IMG/VR virus record: IMGVR_UViG_3300020161_003555
Coordinates: 1 to 42,546 of that record
Direction: 5' to 3' (one strand)
DNA length: 42,546 bases
From: a virus
Taxonomy: Duplodnaviria > Caudoviricetes
Shown here: piece after piece, positions 1 through 9,200 of the stretch
Layout: the number at the start of each line of letters is the position of its first letter
Numbering within the stretch: position 1 is the stretch's first letter
The notes under the pieces: generated by a model
Database searches by the model: none
The model's input: the letters and a program-made list of their open reading frames with translations, nothing else
What the model was told of the DNA's origin: nothing
Made by a program: the position numbers and the translations under genes

Positions 1-15
1 ATTATAGTGGACAGC

Positions 16-273
16 TCAATATCTATCTGAATTTCTTGTAAAATTTTTCATCACACTTCTTGTCCCATTTGGAACAAAGTACTGCTTGTTGTTGTCGTAA
101 TATGAAGCAGGCATCGTACAAAGAGTTCCTCCTGTTTTGTGATCAAATACCATAATTCCTTTTCGAGCTTCTACTTTAGAATGCTTTTGAGCACATGGAG
201 CACAGAATGCTGTGTGAGGCAAAATGTTAAGACGTTCTTGTTCAATTGAGTGGTTACAAACTTTGCAAATCAT
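16..273 (-). CDS. DksA/TraR-type C4 zinc-finger protein (85 aa; start revised from 324 to ATG 273)
   Basis: CKVC-x-I-x-x-ERL-x-ILP-x-T-x-FCAPCA matches the DksA/TraR C4 finger. ATG at 273 lies 2 nt after the upstream stop (276-278), avoiding a 49-nt overlap. Confidence 0.8.
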   Translation of the reverse strand: MICKVCNHSIEQERLNILPHTAFCAPCAQKHSKVEARKGIMVFDHKTGGTLCTMPASYYDNNKQYFVPNGTRSVMKNFTRNSDRY

Positions 274-275
274 AT

Positions 276-509
276 TTACCAAACTACTTGCTTGTTGTAC
301 TTTGTTGATTGTTTGTCGTACCAAGCTTCATAATCAGCATGGAATCCGTTTTCTCCAGCTATCCCCAAAACAGTTGCTGCTGAATACAATACATGAAGTT
401 GAGGATTCTTTCCTGCATCACAATAGTCTGCATAATCTATATGCTGAACATCTTGGTCGTAAATGTATGTAGCGCACTCTTTAGCGTGGTCAATGTTGTC
501 TTCAATCAT
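276..509 (-). CDS. Hypothetical phage protein (77 aa)
   Basis: Tiles into the minus-strand cluster, with an ATGA overlap with the upstream 48-aa ORF. No recognisable motif. Confidence 0.7.
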   Translation of the reverse strand: MIEDNIDHAKECATYIYDQDVQHIDYADYCDAGKNPQLHVLYSAATVLGIAGENGFHADYEAWYDKQSTKYNKQVVW

Positions 510-652
510 ATTTTAGCTGGTATGTTTTTAAGTATTTGGTTAATTTTTGTTCGTTCTTTCTCCGTCAAAAATTTGAAGAGACTAGGATCCAGCACGACTC
601 TAATTAGATCGTCCAAGCACTCTTCTATTTTGTCAGTGTATGTCTTATTCAT
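506..652 (-). CDS. Small hypothetical protein, 48 aa (MNKTYTDKIEECLDDLIRVVLDPSLFKFLTEKERTKINQILKNIPAKI); not in ORF track
   Basis: Translated by hand. ATG at 652 directly follows the TAA of the upstream 19-aa ORF, and its TGA (506-508) overlaps the next ATG (ATGA). Confidence 0.7.
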   Translation of the reverse strand: MNKTYTDKIEECLDDLIRVVLDPSLFKFLTEKERTKINQILKNIPAKI

Positions 653-712
653 TTATCGTTTAATGATTAGGATAATTGCGATTATGATTAGTAGGGTGTC
701 TGTTAGGCACAT
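653..712 (-). CDS. Putative 19-aa hydrophobic micropeptide (MCLTDTLLIIIAIILIIKR); not in ORF track
   Basis: Translated by hand. A-rich leader AAATAAACAT-ATG resembles that of neighbouring genes; the stop abuts the next ATG (TAAATG); there is an 11-residue aliphatic run followed by KR. Confidence 0.5.
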   Translation of the reverse strand: MCLTDTLLIIIAIILIIKR

Positions 713-738
713 ATGTTTATTTTTACTATAGAATTATT

Positions 739-966
739 CTACATTGCTTCTTCGGACACGTCAATCAGATTATTCATTTCATGATTTCCTTTGATCCATT
801 CTTTTATTTCTTCTTGGCAAAGCTCTTCAAATGCGTCCATTGTATATCGATAGTCGTTCGTTCCGTTTCTATATTTGGTCACCAACGTCTGTGATGTTTC
901 TGATGCTAGTTCTTGGATTGGAAGATCTTCCATCCACAATATCATTACTTCATGTGTGTTGTTCAT
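739..966 (-). CDS. Hypothetical acidic phage protein (75 aa)
   Basis: Starts 6 nt after the RadA-like stop, same strand, with AATAACAT-ATG leader. Confidence 0.7.
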   Translation of the reverse strand: MNNTHEVMILWMEDLPIQELASETSQTLVTKYRNGTNDYRYTMDAFEELCQEEIKEWIKGNHEMNNLIDVSEEAM

Positions 967-972
967 ATGTTA

Positions 973-1878
973 TTATTTTTTGACGAATGTTGCTGTTGCT
1001 CCTTTACCTTCTTTGGTAACCTTGTCTTCGTTAGTTAGTTCGCGAAGTATGTTTGCAAGATATGTACCAGATACTTGCGATTCGTTTGCAATTTGAGCAA
1101 TCGTCTTTGGTGTATCCAACACTTCAAGAACGAGATCACGTTTTGATACTTTCTTACCAGAATTTTGTTCTGGATTTGATTGCTCGATTGCTTCGAAAGT
1201 AAAACCACGTGGTGTCATCTCAAAGATTGCTTGACCAGCACTACCGAAACGATTCTTAGTTACATCTACATCACGAAGATTGTAATCTTCTTTGTTGCGA
1301 GTCATAATCACGTTGCAATCAACACTATGCGGAAGCAATGTAGAACCTTTGTATGTACCTGCTTTTGTAAAGTGAAGAATAGTACCGATTACAATCTCGT
1401 TCTGCTTTGCAGTAGTAACAAGCTTCGTAGTAATATACTCTTCAAGTTGCTTCTTATTCATCTTTTTCTTAGAAGATAGAGCTGGAAGTGAGTCAACTAC
1501 AACGAATTCAAATCCGTTTTCAACAATAGCGTTGCAAAGCTCATCAATATCAGTGATGTTTGCAAGCGGTACTTGACTAACTCCGAGACGAGCTGATGTA
1601 AAAGCAAGTTGCTCAACATTCTCTTCACCAGAGATATAAGCTGTTTTCTTACCAGTTTTCTCGAGTAACTCAAGTACTTGCAAGAGGATAGAAGTTTTAC
1701 CAGTACCTGGAGCAGCAGCTAAAGTAAAAGTAAAGCCAGGCAAGAAACCCATGCCTCCAAAGATGTTATCGAGATCTTCTTTGCCAGTCATAAATCGGCG
1801 ATTGTATATCTCCGGAATTACAACAGAAGCTGCTCGTGTGAAGTTTTTGTTAGTAGTAGTAGTGTTGATTACGTTCAT
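973..1878 (-). CDS. radA: RadA/Sms-like RecA-family ATPase with C-terminal winged-helix-like domain (301 aa; start revised to ATG 1878)
   Basis: Walker A AAPGTGKT, YISGEE, Walker B FVVVDS, HFTKAG and the RadA signature KNRFG. No N-terminal Zn finger or Lon-like C-domain. Confidence 0.85.
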   Translation of the reverse strand: MNVINTTTTNKNFTRAASVVIPEIYNRRFMTGKEDLDNIFGGMGFLPGFTFTLAAAPGTGKTSILLQVLELLEKTGKKTAYISGEENVEQLAFTSARLGVSQVPLANITDIDELCNAIVENGFEFVVVDSLPALSSKKKMNKKQLEEYITTKLVTTAKQNEIVIGTILHFTKAGTYKGSTLLPHSVDCNVIMTRNKEDYNLRDVDVTKNRFGSAGQAIFEMTPRGFTFEAIEQSNPEQNSGKKVSKRDLVLEVLDTPKTIAQIANESQVSGTYLANILRELTNEDKVTKEGKGATATFVKK

Positions 1879-1888
1879 TACAGATAAG

Positions 1889-1917
1889 AGTATCAATTGA
1901 ACGGCTGGACAACACAA
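1889..1917 (-). promoter_or_regulatory. Possible sigma70-type early promoter (TTGTGT-N17-GATACT) upstream of the radA-like gene
   Basis: 17-nt spacing; shares the CTGTTG -35 context with the stronger promoter at 14432-14459; -10 matches only 4/6; 10 nt before ATG 1878. Confidence 0.35.
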
Positions 1918-2025
1918 CAGAAAAAAATGGAGTGTTGGTCATCTAGTTTTGGAGTTGTTGGTTTTTTTAAAATGATTGCAAAATAATTCTAGGGAGAGAA
2001 CGTGGACATTTCAACAAATAATTTT

Positions 2026-2031
2026 TAAATA
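2026..2031 (+). promoter_or_regulatory. T4-type late promoter core TAAATA
   Basis: 5 nt upstream of ATG 2037; same motif and spacing recur before many structural genes. Confidence 0.65.
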
Positions 2032-2036
2032 AGTTT

Positions 2037-2888
2037 ATGGATTATCATCTCGAGTTTACAGTCAATGGAACAAAAAAACAATTTGATGTATCTTCCAAGT
2101 CATTTACAAGAGGAGAGAAAATTGTTACGTTTGATCGTACTTTATTTTCGGATTTAGAATTTTTAGAAACTGGATATGTATTAAAGCCATTTTCTTCCAA
2201 ATGGAAACATAAAATAGAACAATCTATACGTACTTTTTTAATAGATAAAATGGTTGGAACCGGAATTAAATTAGACAAAAACCAATCAGAAACATTTACT
2301 TTAGATCAGTATCATCATTATGTAAATGAACAACAACACCAACAAATAGTAAATTCATTTCGTGGAGGGTTTTTTGGAACAGGAGGAATTAATCTTAGTG
2401 AGCTAGGAATAGATTGCGGAGAGCTTGATTTGTTTGTTAGCAAAAGTATTAAAAGCAATGTACCACTGTCCTGCAAACTTAAAAAATTTGGACTTACTTT
2501 TGGTAAATTTTGGATAAGAATTGTGAGGCCAAATTCAAATGATAATAATCCTCCTCACAAAGATTCTCATCTCAAACGTCTAAGAAAAAATGTAAACATA
2601 TACTTGCCTTTAGCTGGAAGCAATAAACGTTCTTCTCTTCCTCTTATTTCTGGATCTCATTTAGAGAGCGAGAGCGAATATATTTCATCAGTAAGTCCTT
2701 GTTATGTTAACGGGAAAAAAAACACAGTACCTTGTATTGTACATAGAAATAAAGGATTGGATATGGTTTGTCCTAACCCAAAAGACGGACAAGTAATGAT
2801 TTTTACTCCTCATTTGATTCATGGAGGAGGGGTTAATAGCAACAAAGATGTTACTCGAGTGTCATTAGAAATGAGATTTTTTTATTAA
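2037..2888 (+). CDS. 2OG-Fe(II) dioxygenase, PhyH-like
   Basis: HxD motif (PPHKD), distal His (LIHGGGVN) and RVSLEMRF terminal strand typical of the double-stranded beta-helix fold. Confidence 0.8.
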   Translation: MDYHLEFTVNGTKKQFDVSSKSFTRGEKIVTFDRTLFSDLEFLETGYVLKPFSSKWKHKIEQSIRTFLIDKMVGTGIKLDKNQSETFTLDQYHHYVNEQQHQQIVNSFRGGFFGTGGINLSELGIDCGELDLFVSKSIKSNVPLSCKLKKFGLTFGKFWIRIVRPNSNDNNPPHKDSHLKRLRKNVNIYLPLAGSNKRSSLPLISGSHLESESEYISSVSPCYVNGKKNTVPCIVHRNKGLDMVCPNPKDGQVMIFTPHLIHGGGVNSNKDVTRVSLEMRFFY

Positions 2889-2889
2889 C

Positions 2890-3156
2890 ATGAACAAAAG
2901 CATAAAAGAAATGGCTTTAAGTTTGTTTACGGAAACCACAAAATTTGCAGCTTCTGGTTTTAAAGTGACTCCCGTTGAAGTATTAGAAGAACGCATGTCA
3001 ATTTGTCATAAATGTTCATGCTTTGATAAAAAATGGTTTGCTGGAACTGGTCGTTGTAACGAATGTAACTGTTCCATACAAGCAAAATTAAGAATGGCTA
3101 CTACTTCTTGTCCTATTAATAAATGGGCAGCTGTAACTCCAAATGATGATAAATAA
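2890..3156 (+). CDS. Small Cys-rich (probable Zn-binding) phage protein
   Basis: ER-x-x-IC-x-x-C...RC-x-x-C-x-C...K...CP-x-x-KW pattern, common in phage hypotheticals. Confidence 0.75.
   Translation: MNKSIKEMALSLFTETTKFAASGFKVTPVEVLEERMSICHKCSCFDKKWFAGTGRCNECNCSIQAKLRMATTSCPINKWAAVTPNDDK
3150..3155 (+). promoter_or_regulatory. Late promoter core TAAATA embedded in the last codons of the upstream gene
   Basis: GAT-AAA-TAA; 5 nt before ATG 3161. Confidence 0.6.
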
Positions 3157-3160
3157 TAAA

Positions 3161-3694
3161 ATGAGTAAATTTGATTTAATTTTTGAAAAAGCTTTTTCTT
3201 CCCTTAGAGAAAGACATTATATTGATTCAGCTTTTGTTGATAATGTTCGCTTGCTCGTAAAAGTATTAAAAGATAGTGACTATCTTCCTGCTGATAAAAA
3301 TTCGGACGTGATTGTGGACGAAATAATGAGACAACGAGAAAACGTCAAAGAGATTGTATTAGATACAAAAGAACAATCAATGCCCCCCGTCAAACTTCAA
3401 GTCAAGCAAGGAGCTTCTAATACATCAACTCCGGAAGATTCTGAGAACTTTTCGGTTACGGTTATCGATCTAAAAGATCCTTCTAAACAAAAAGAATTTA
3501 CAAATTCAATGCTTGAAACTGTGTTTGCTGATACTCTTGCTTATATTAAAACAATTACTCTTCAAGGTTTATCTCCAGACGCAGCAGTTGATAAACTACC
3601 TTCAGCAGAAGGAGCTAATGCCCAACCAGAAGGCGGAGAATCCGCTTTGCCTGCTGGACAAGAAGCACCTGCTCAACCTAATGCCTCTGTCTAA
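3161..3694 (+). CDS. Hypothetical late protein (177 aa; start revised from 3143 to ATG 3161)
   Basis: Start 5 nt after TAAATA removes the overlap with the upstream gene; Pro/Ala/Glu-rich C-tail; TAATG coupling to the next gene. Confidence 0.75.
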   Translation: MSKFDLIFEKAFSSLRERHYIDSAFVDNVRLLVKVLKDSDYLPADKNSDVIVDEIMRQRENVKEIVLDTKEQSMPPVKLQVKQGASNTSTPEDSENFSVTVIDLKDPSKQKEFTNSMLETVFADTLAYIKTITLQGLSPDAAVDKLPSAEGANAQPEGGESALPAGQEAPAQPNASV

Positions 3695-4497
3695 TGCCAA
3701 TTATTGACACCAATAGTTACACTAGTTTTTTTCATCACGTTTTAACAACGCCTGCTGGTTCCATACCTAAAGGAGCACAGTGGATTATTGCGTTTGAAGA
3801 TCTTAATGAAAGAATAGTAACAAAAGGAATAACAAAAGCCATGGGGTATGAAAATTGGCCTTGGGCAATAGACAAAGCTGCAGCTGTAATGGCTAGCGAC
3901 ATTTATCAAAAAAATAGTGGTTGTTTATTTTGTCAAGCAATAGGTTTGCCTGGAGAAGGAGCCGGAGTGGCTCCGGAAGGAAATATATCCTCAAACTCAT
4001 TCATACGCTCATATGTAGGTACTGGCCGTAATCAATTTCCTGAAATGAGAATTAGTTTTTTGGATACAAATGTTTCATTTGTAGACAACATCTGCAGACC
4101 TTGGTCAATTGCTACAGGAACATTTGGTTTAATTGCTAGAGAGACTTCTTCAGAAGAAAATTATAGAACTAATTTAAAAGCTTGGAAGTTTGCAGCTTTT
4201 AGTCCTGACGAACCACCAACAATTACCATGACTATGACATTTTATGATATTTGCTGTACGTCTGTTTCTGAAGAAGAATATTCATATGTTCCTCCTGGAG
4301 GAAGTCCGTTATTGAGAGAAGCTCACTTTATATACAATTACTATTCTGTTAACACGCAAGTGGAATCTCAATTTTTAAGTAATGCTGCTCCAGCCGTAGA
4401 AGATTCAGCAGCTGCATTTGGAGGAAAAGGTAGTCCGAGAGAAAATTTACTAACGCAAGTTAAAAACCAAAACCAATACGGAACTGGTTTAGCATGA
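3694..4497 (+). CDS. Baseplate tail-tube initiator, T4 gp54/gp19 tube-fold-like
   Basis: FCQAIGLPGE...ISFLDT...W...TFYD-x-x-x-TSV...F-x-YNYY follows the tail-tube fold pattern; heads the hub module. Confidence 0.6.
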   Translation: MPIIDTNSYTSFFHHVLTTPAGSIPKGAQWIIAFEDLNERIVTKGITKAMGYENWPWAIDKAAAVMASDIYQKNSGCLFCQAIGLPGEGAGVAPEGNISSNSFIRSYVGTGRNQFPEMRISFLDTNVSFVDNICRPWSIATGTFGLIARETSSEENYRTNLKAWKFAAFSPDEPPTITMTMTFYDICCTSVSEEEYSYVPPGGSPLLREAHFIYNYYSVNTQVESQFLSNAAPAVEDSAAAFGGKGSPRENLLTQVKNQNQYGTGLA

Positions 4498-5381
4498 AAT
4501 TTACTATAGATTTGGTGACACGTAATATACGGTGCAAAGAATTGACCGTCAAACAATATAAAGAAATATTAAAAGCAACGTGGCCAGAAACTCCTTCGGT
4601 TAATCCTGCTTTGGATACTTTATTTGATATATTTGCTGATTTATCAAATGTGGATTTTTCTCATTTTTATAATTTTAATCTTATTGAAATTTTTATATAT
4701 TTGATTGAACTTAAAATACAAACGTCTGGTAATATATGTATGTTGTCAGTAAGCGATGCAGATGGCAAATCTGCTAATTTAAGTTTAAATTTAAGAACAG
4801 TTCAAGAGACCATAAAAAACACATACAACAGCATTTTAAATCAAACTACTAAAACGGACCAAATAGAAATTAAATTAGCTTTTCCTACTATTCAGCGTTT
4901 GTTAGATAGCAAAGAAGATACAGATGATTATTTACTTTATGTAGCTGGAGCAACTATTTTATCTAACAACGTTTCTATTGTATTTTCTTCTACAAATGAA
5001 GTCGAAACGTTTATTGATTCATTGCCATTGTCTTTAGTTAAACAAATTCAAATAGCTCACCAAAACTTTCATATAAAAATTAATGAAATTAATTTTTTAT
5101 CTTCTTTTTCGGTGCTAGGAGAACAACGACTGCCTTTTGTTTTAACGTTTGAATATTTTATTTGGTTTGTAAAATTATTATTTGCTGAACCGTTAGACGT
5201 ACTTTACGACAATATGTATTATTTGTCTAATCTTGGTCGCATAGATCTTGGTTATTTAGAGTCATGCACTCCAGGAGAATATACGTATTTTGTTAAAAAA
5301 TTAGAACAATCGTTGAACGCAGAACAATCAAGCTCAGATAGCAATTACGATGATACAGTATTGCCAGAAGATTACGAATAG
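4494..5381 (+). CDS. Baseplate hub assembly protein, gp26-like, with gp51-like C-terminus
   Basis: N-terminal KELTVKQYKEILK resembles gp26; C-terminal LYDNMYYLSNLGRIDLGYLESCTPGEYTYFVKKL resembles gp51; synteny. Confidence 0.55.
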   Translation: MKFTIDLVTRNIRCKELTVKQYKEILKATWPETPSVNPALDTLFDIFADLSNVDFSHFYNFNLIEIFIYLIELKIQTSGNICMLSVSDADGKSANLSLNLRTVQETIKNTYNSILNQTTKTDQIEIKLAFPTIQRLLDSKEDTDDYLLYVAGATILSNNVSIVFSSTNEVETFIDSLPLSLVKQIQIAHQNFHIKINEINFLSSFSVLGEQRLPFVLTFEYFIWFVKLLFAEPLDVLYDNMYYLSNLGRIDLGYLESCTPGEYTYFVKKLEQSLNAEQSSSDSNYDDTVLPEDYE

Positions 5382-5405
5382 AGTTTTCTTTTAAAAAACG
5401 AGCGT

Positions 5406-5411
5406 TAAATA
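5406..5411 (+). promoter_or_regulatory. Late promoter core TAAATA
   Basis: 5 nt before ATG 5417. Confidence 0.65.
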
Positions 5412-5416
5412 AAATT

Positions 5417-6196
5417 ATGGAAAAAGCTAATCAAGAATTTTACGATCTACTTACTACTGTTTTAACCAAACAAACGTTCCCTGTAACACTTTCCAATGGA
5501 TCAGTTGAACAATTTCGTCCTTTAAATACATCTCATTTAAAAAATATAATTAAAACAATTGTAGATTCTTCTCTTACTCAATCTCAATTTAATTCAGCTA
5601 TATTGGAAGTCATTAAAGAAACTTATGCTGGCAATTCTTCTGATTTGTTTGATAAATTAAATGTAGTTGATAAAATATTGTTTATTATCGAAACAAGAAT
5701 TAAATCAATATCTTCCACTGTAACAATTCAAGACAGTGGTGAAGAATATACATTTAATCTCGAAGATGTTAAAACCAATCTTTTAGCAGCAGTGGAAAAC
5801 AATAAAGAGCTCATGCTTGATCATGATCTTTCCGTTCCTGATCTAACAATTACGGTTGGGATTCCAACATTGCAAGTAGAAAAGCAAATTGATGAAGAAC
5901 TCTACAAAGAAACTAATTTAGATTTAAACGATCCTGAACAAGTCAGAAAATTGTTAGGTGAATCTTTTGTAGTTGAGTTAGCAAAAGTAGTAAAAGCAAT
6001 CACAATTAATGATAAAAAATTAGACTTATCTACTTTATCTTTTAAAGAAAGACAAAAAACCGTAGAATCTTTACCAGCTCTTTTAATTCAACAAGTCATT
6101 AGCTACGTTGAAAACTACAAACAATCCATTAACGAATGTTTAGTAAAAGACGATCATATTTTAACAATTGATGGATCTTTGTTCTCACTTCGGTAA
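5417..6196 (+). CDS. Second gp26-like baseplate hub assembly protein
   Basis: V-x-x-FRPL...L-x-x-VDK-x-x-F-I-I-x-x-R-x-x-SIS, G-x-PT and ER-x-x-x-VESLP pattern; lies just before the tape-measure-like gene. Confidence 0.55.
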   Translation: MEKANQEFYDLLTTVLTKQTFPVTLSNGSVEQFRPLNTSHLKNIIKTIVDSSLTQSQFNSAILEVIKETYAGNSSDLFDKLNVVDKILFIIETRIKSISSTVTIQDSGEEYTFNLEDVKTNLLAAVENNKELMLDHDLSVPDLTITVGIPTLQVEKQIDEELYKETNLDLNDPEQVRKLLGESFVVELAKVVKAITINDKKLDLSTLSFKERQKTVESLPALLIQQVISYVENYKQSINECLVKDDHILTIDGSLFSLR

Positions 6197-6202
6197 TAAG
6201 TA
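6197..6202 (+). promoter_or_regulatory. Variant late promoter core TAAGTA
   Basis: One mismatch to TAAATA; 10 nt before ATG 6213; same variant at 25225. Confidence 0.45.
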
Positions 6203-6212
6203 ATAGGCAGAG

Positions 6213-9200
6213 ATGGCTGCCAAAAAAAATAACCCTGACGACGTTAAAGTCGAGCAAGATATTGCAACGAAATTAAACGTTGACGTAACTAGCATTGCTA
6301 AAAAAATTAGCAATATAGTGTTGCCTTCTATTTTAACAAAAATAGAAGAAGTTAAATTAAAAAATACTGCTAATAAAGAACCTGAAGCTAAAGGTACTAA
6401 TTTTAGTTCTTTAATAACAGAACAATTAAGTGGTTTAATAAAAATACTTGGTACAAGCTTTGTAGCTCCGGGTTCAGTAGCAGCTCAGGATAAATTACCT
6501 ACCGTTTTAGTAGCAATTAAAAAACTAATTGGGGATAATAAAGGTAAACAAAAAGAAGATAAGGAATCTACAGAAAAATCTCCTAAAGACGCTCCTAAAG
6601 ATAAAGAAGGTATTCAATCCAAAAAGGAAACGTTGCCTGATGGGTTAATCAAAGATCTATACAAAGCCATTACTACATTGGCAAAAAAAAGTGACCCTTC
6701 TTCTGAGAAAAAAAGTTTATTAGAAGCAGAAAAAGTCAAACCCCAAAACGTAATTGTAACTGGTTTTTCCAATCAATCATTAGAAACTCTTTCGGGTATT
6801 TTACCTGAAGCCATTACAAAAGGCACTGCTGCTCTAACTGATCATTTTTCTAAATTATTAGAAAAGTTTGATGAATTATTAAAACTTGTCACTAAAATTG
6901 AGCAAAAAGATTTTGGTGGAAGCGGAAGTACGGGAGGGGGGTTACTGGATACGTTAGCTTCTGCTGCAGGGGGAAAAAAAGCTAAAGGGAGAGGAACAAG
7001 AAAAAGAAATGCTGCTGCAGCCAAATTAAAAAAACAAAGAGCTGCATACAAAGCTGGAAAAGGTCCAAAACCAACAAGAGTTTCAGCACCTTTAAAATCC
7101 GTAACTCCTAAAGTTCCTCCTGTCGCCGCTACTCCTCCAAAGCTTCCTCCCGTTAGTGCAGTAAAACCTACTGGTGGTGTTGTAGATAGTATAAAATCTG
7201 CAGGCACAAAAGGTGTGGGAATGTTAAAAAGCGCTGGTTCTGGAGCATTGGACACAATCAGCAACAGCAAAGCTGCAGGAACTCTTAAAAAAGTTGGTAG
7301 TGGAGCTTTAGATACTGTCAAAAATATTGGAAGTAGTAGTGCAGCAAAAACTGCAACAAAATATGCAGGAACAGCAGTAAAGGGACTTGGAGTAGCTGGT
7401 GCTGTTTTAGGAGCTGGCATGGAATTTTCTTCTCGCAAAGAAGAAGGGCAAACTAATACCCAAGCAGCAGTCGGAACTGGTGGCACTGTTGCTGGAGCTG
7501 GCTTGGGTGGTTGGGGTGGAGCAGCAGCTGGTGCTGCAATAGGATCATTAATATTTCCTGGAGTAGGTACTGTAATTGGAGGAGTAATTGGTGGCATTGC
7601 TGGCGGCATGGCTGGTGGAGCTGCAGGTGGAGCTATTGCTGATAAAGCAACAGGAGTGGGTGCAGTGCCTGATGACAAAGCTCTTGTCGAAAATTGGAAA
7701 GCTGGAACAATTAAATCTGATCCTAAATTAGGTAAAGAATTAGTATCTACATATGAATCTTTGCCAGCTCCCAAACAAGAAGTTATTTTAAATTTGTTAA
7801 AAGCTCAAGCTTCTGAAACCGAAGCAGTACACAAAGAAGAAGTTGCTACTTCAATCATAGAAAAATTAACAGAAGAAAATCCTAAATTACAATACGGAAA
7901 TAAAGTTTCTCCTGCTTTAACTGAAACTCTTGATAAAAATTTACCAAAGAGCCAACCATCTCCAACTCCTCCAAAAAGCGAAAGTCCTAATAAAGATACC
8001 ATAGACAAAGTTAACGCACAAAAGCAAACAAAATCAACAGTTCCTCAAGAAGTTAGTTTAAACAAACCAATTCAAATGCAATTGGAAGAGCCGGTAAAGC
8101 GCAAAACAGGCCCTTCTTTAGATAGACTTGAACAAAACAAAAAACGAATTTTAAGCGGAGGTCCTATCAAACACGTATCTCCAGAAACATTGCCTCTCGT
8201 TTCGTCTGGAGGAGCTGCTGCAATGGGCATTGAAAGTCTGATGCTCGAAAAGCCAGAACCATCTGAAGAAGGACCAGAGCCTCCAGAACAATCTGAAGAT
8301 CCAGAGTATCCACAATCCGACTCAACCGTAAAACCCACGGAAGCTTCCAAACAAAGTATTAAACCTATTAGTGGAGGAAAATCTAAAGAAAGCATAATGG
8401 CTAAAGCAGGTAAGACGGCTCTTGCTTCAGCTGTTCCTTTTGGTGGAATGGCTCTAGCTGCAGCAAATTTATTATCGAGCAAGCCTACCGATAAAGAAGA
8501 AGTTCCTGAATCAGTATCTAAAGTAGTTACTCCAATTGGTAAAACCGAAAAACCAGACATTAAGAAACTAAGAGCGGAACGGCATTTTGCCAAAAAATTT
8601 GGTTTAGTAAAAGTAGATCCAAAAGGACACACATACCAAAACAATAACGGAGACACATACGAATACAAAAACGGAAAATTTGTTGATGAGTTTGGAGAAG
8701 ATGCTAGTTCAGAATTAAATCTTACAAGCAAATCATCCAAAGTTAAAGCAGCTGGAGGTACTTCAGCAAAACTTAAAGGAGGAGAAGTGGTACCAGGAAC
8801 TGTTTCAGGTAAAGTTGGACTTTCTGAAGAAGATATAGCAGACATGAATATATCTGGTTCAGATACTTCTACCAGAGAGAGCACCATAAACGGCAAAGGT
8901 TCACGATCAACTACAACAAGAACTGTTGGGAATGCAAGTTCTCATAACAAAATTAGTGGAGAAGATCCAACCATAACTGTATCAAAAAAAGCTAAACCTG
9001 CTACTGATTCAATTAAAGCTTCCGTTGATCCAACACAAAATTGGCAAATGCCGAGAGGAGGAGCTTATTCTTATGTTAAAGCTGAAGTTCCCAACAACCG
9101 CATTAGTCCAGACGGTGCTGGCAACAAACAATCCGGAACCGGAGATGAAACATTAAAAGATATTGCTAACAACACAAACGAAACGAATAACAAATTAGGA

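Noticed and set aside
274-324. Track start at 324 for the Zn-finger gene (likewise 1917 for radA-like, 3143 for the 177-aa gene, 42458 for Hsp20)
   Set aside because: The first three create overlaps or run through promoter-like DNA; the Hsp20 frame stays open to the window edge with conserved motifs upstream of 42458.
729-741. Palindrome TAGAAT-T-ATTCTA with nearby TATAGT on the minus strand
   Set aside because: Short and AT-rich, with no -35 at the proper distance and no convincing second full copy.
224-1479. Plus-strand ORFs 224-472, 393-731, 875-1096, 1180-1479
   Set aside because: Antisense to a tightly tiled, coupled minus-strand gene set that already explains the region.
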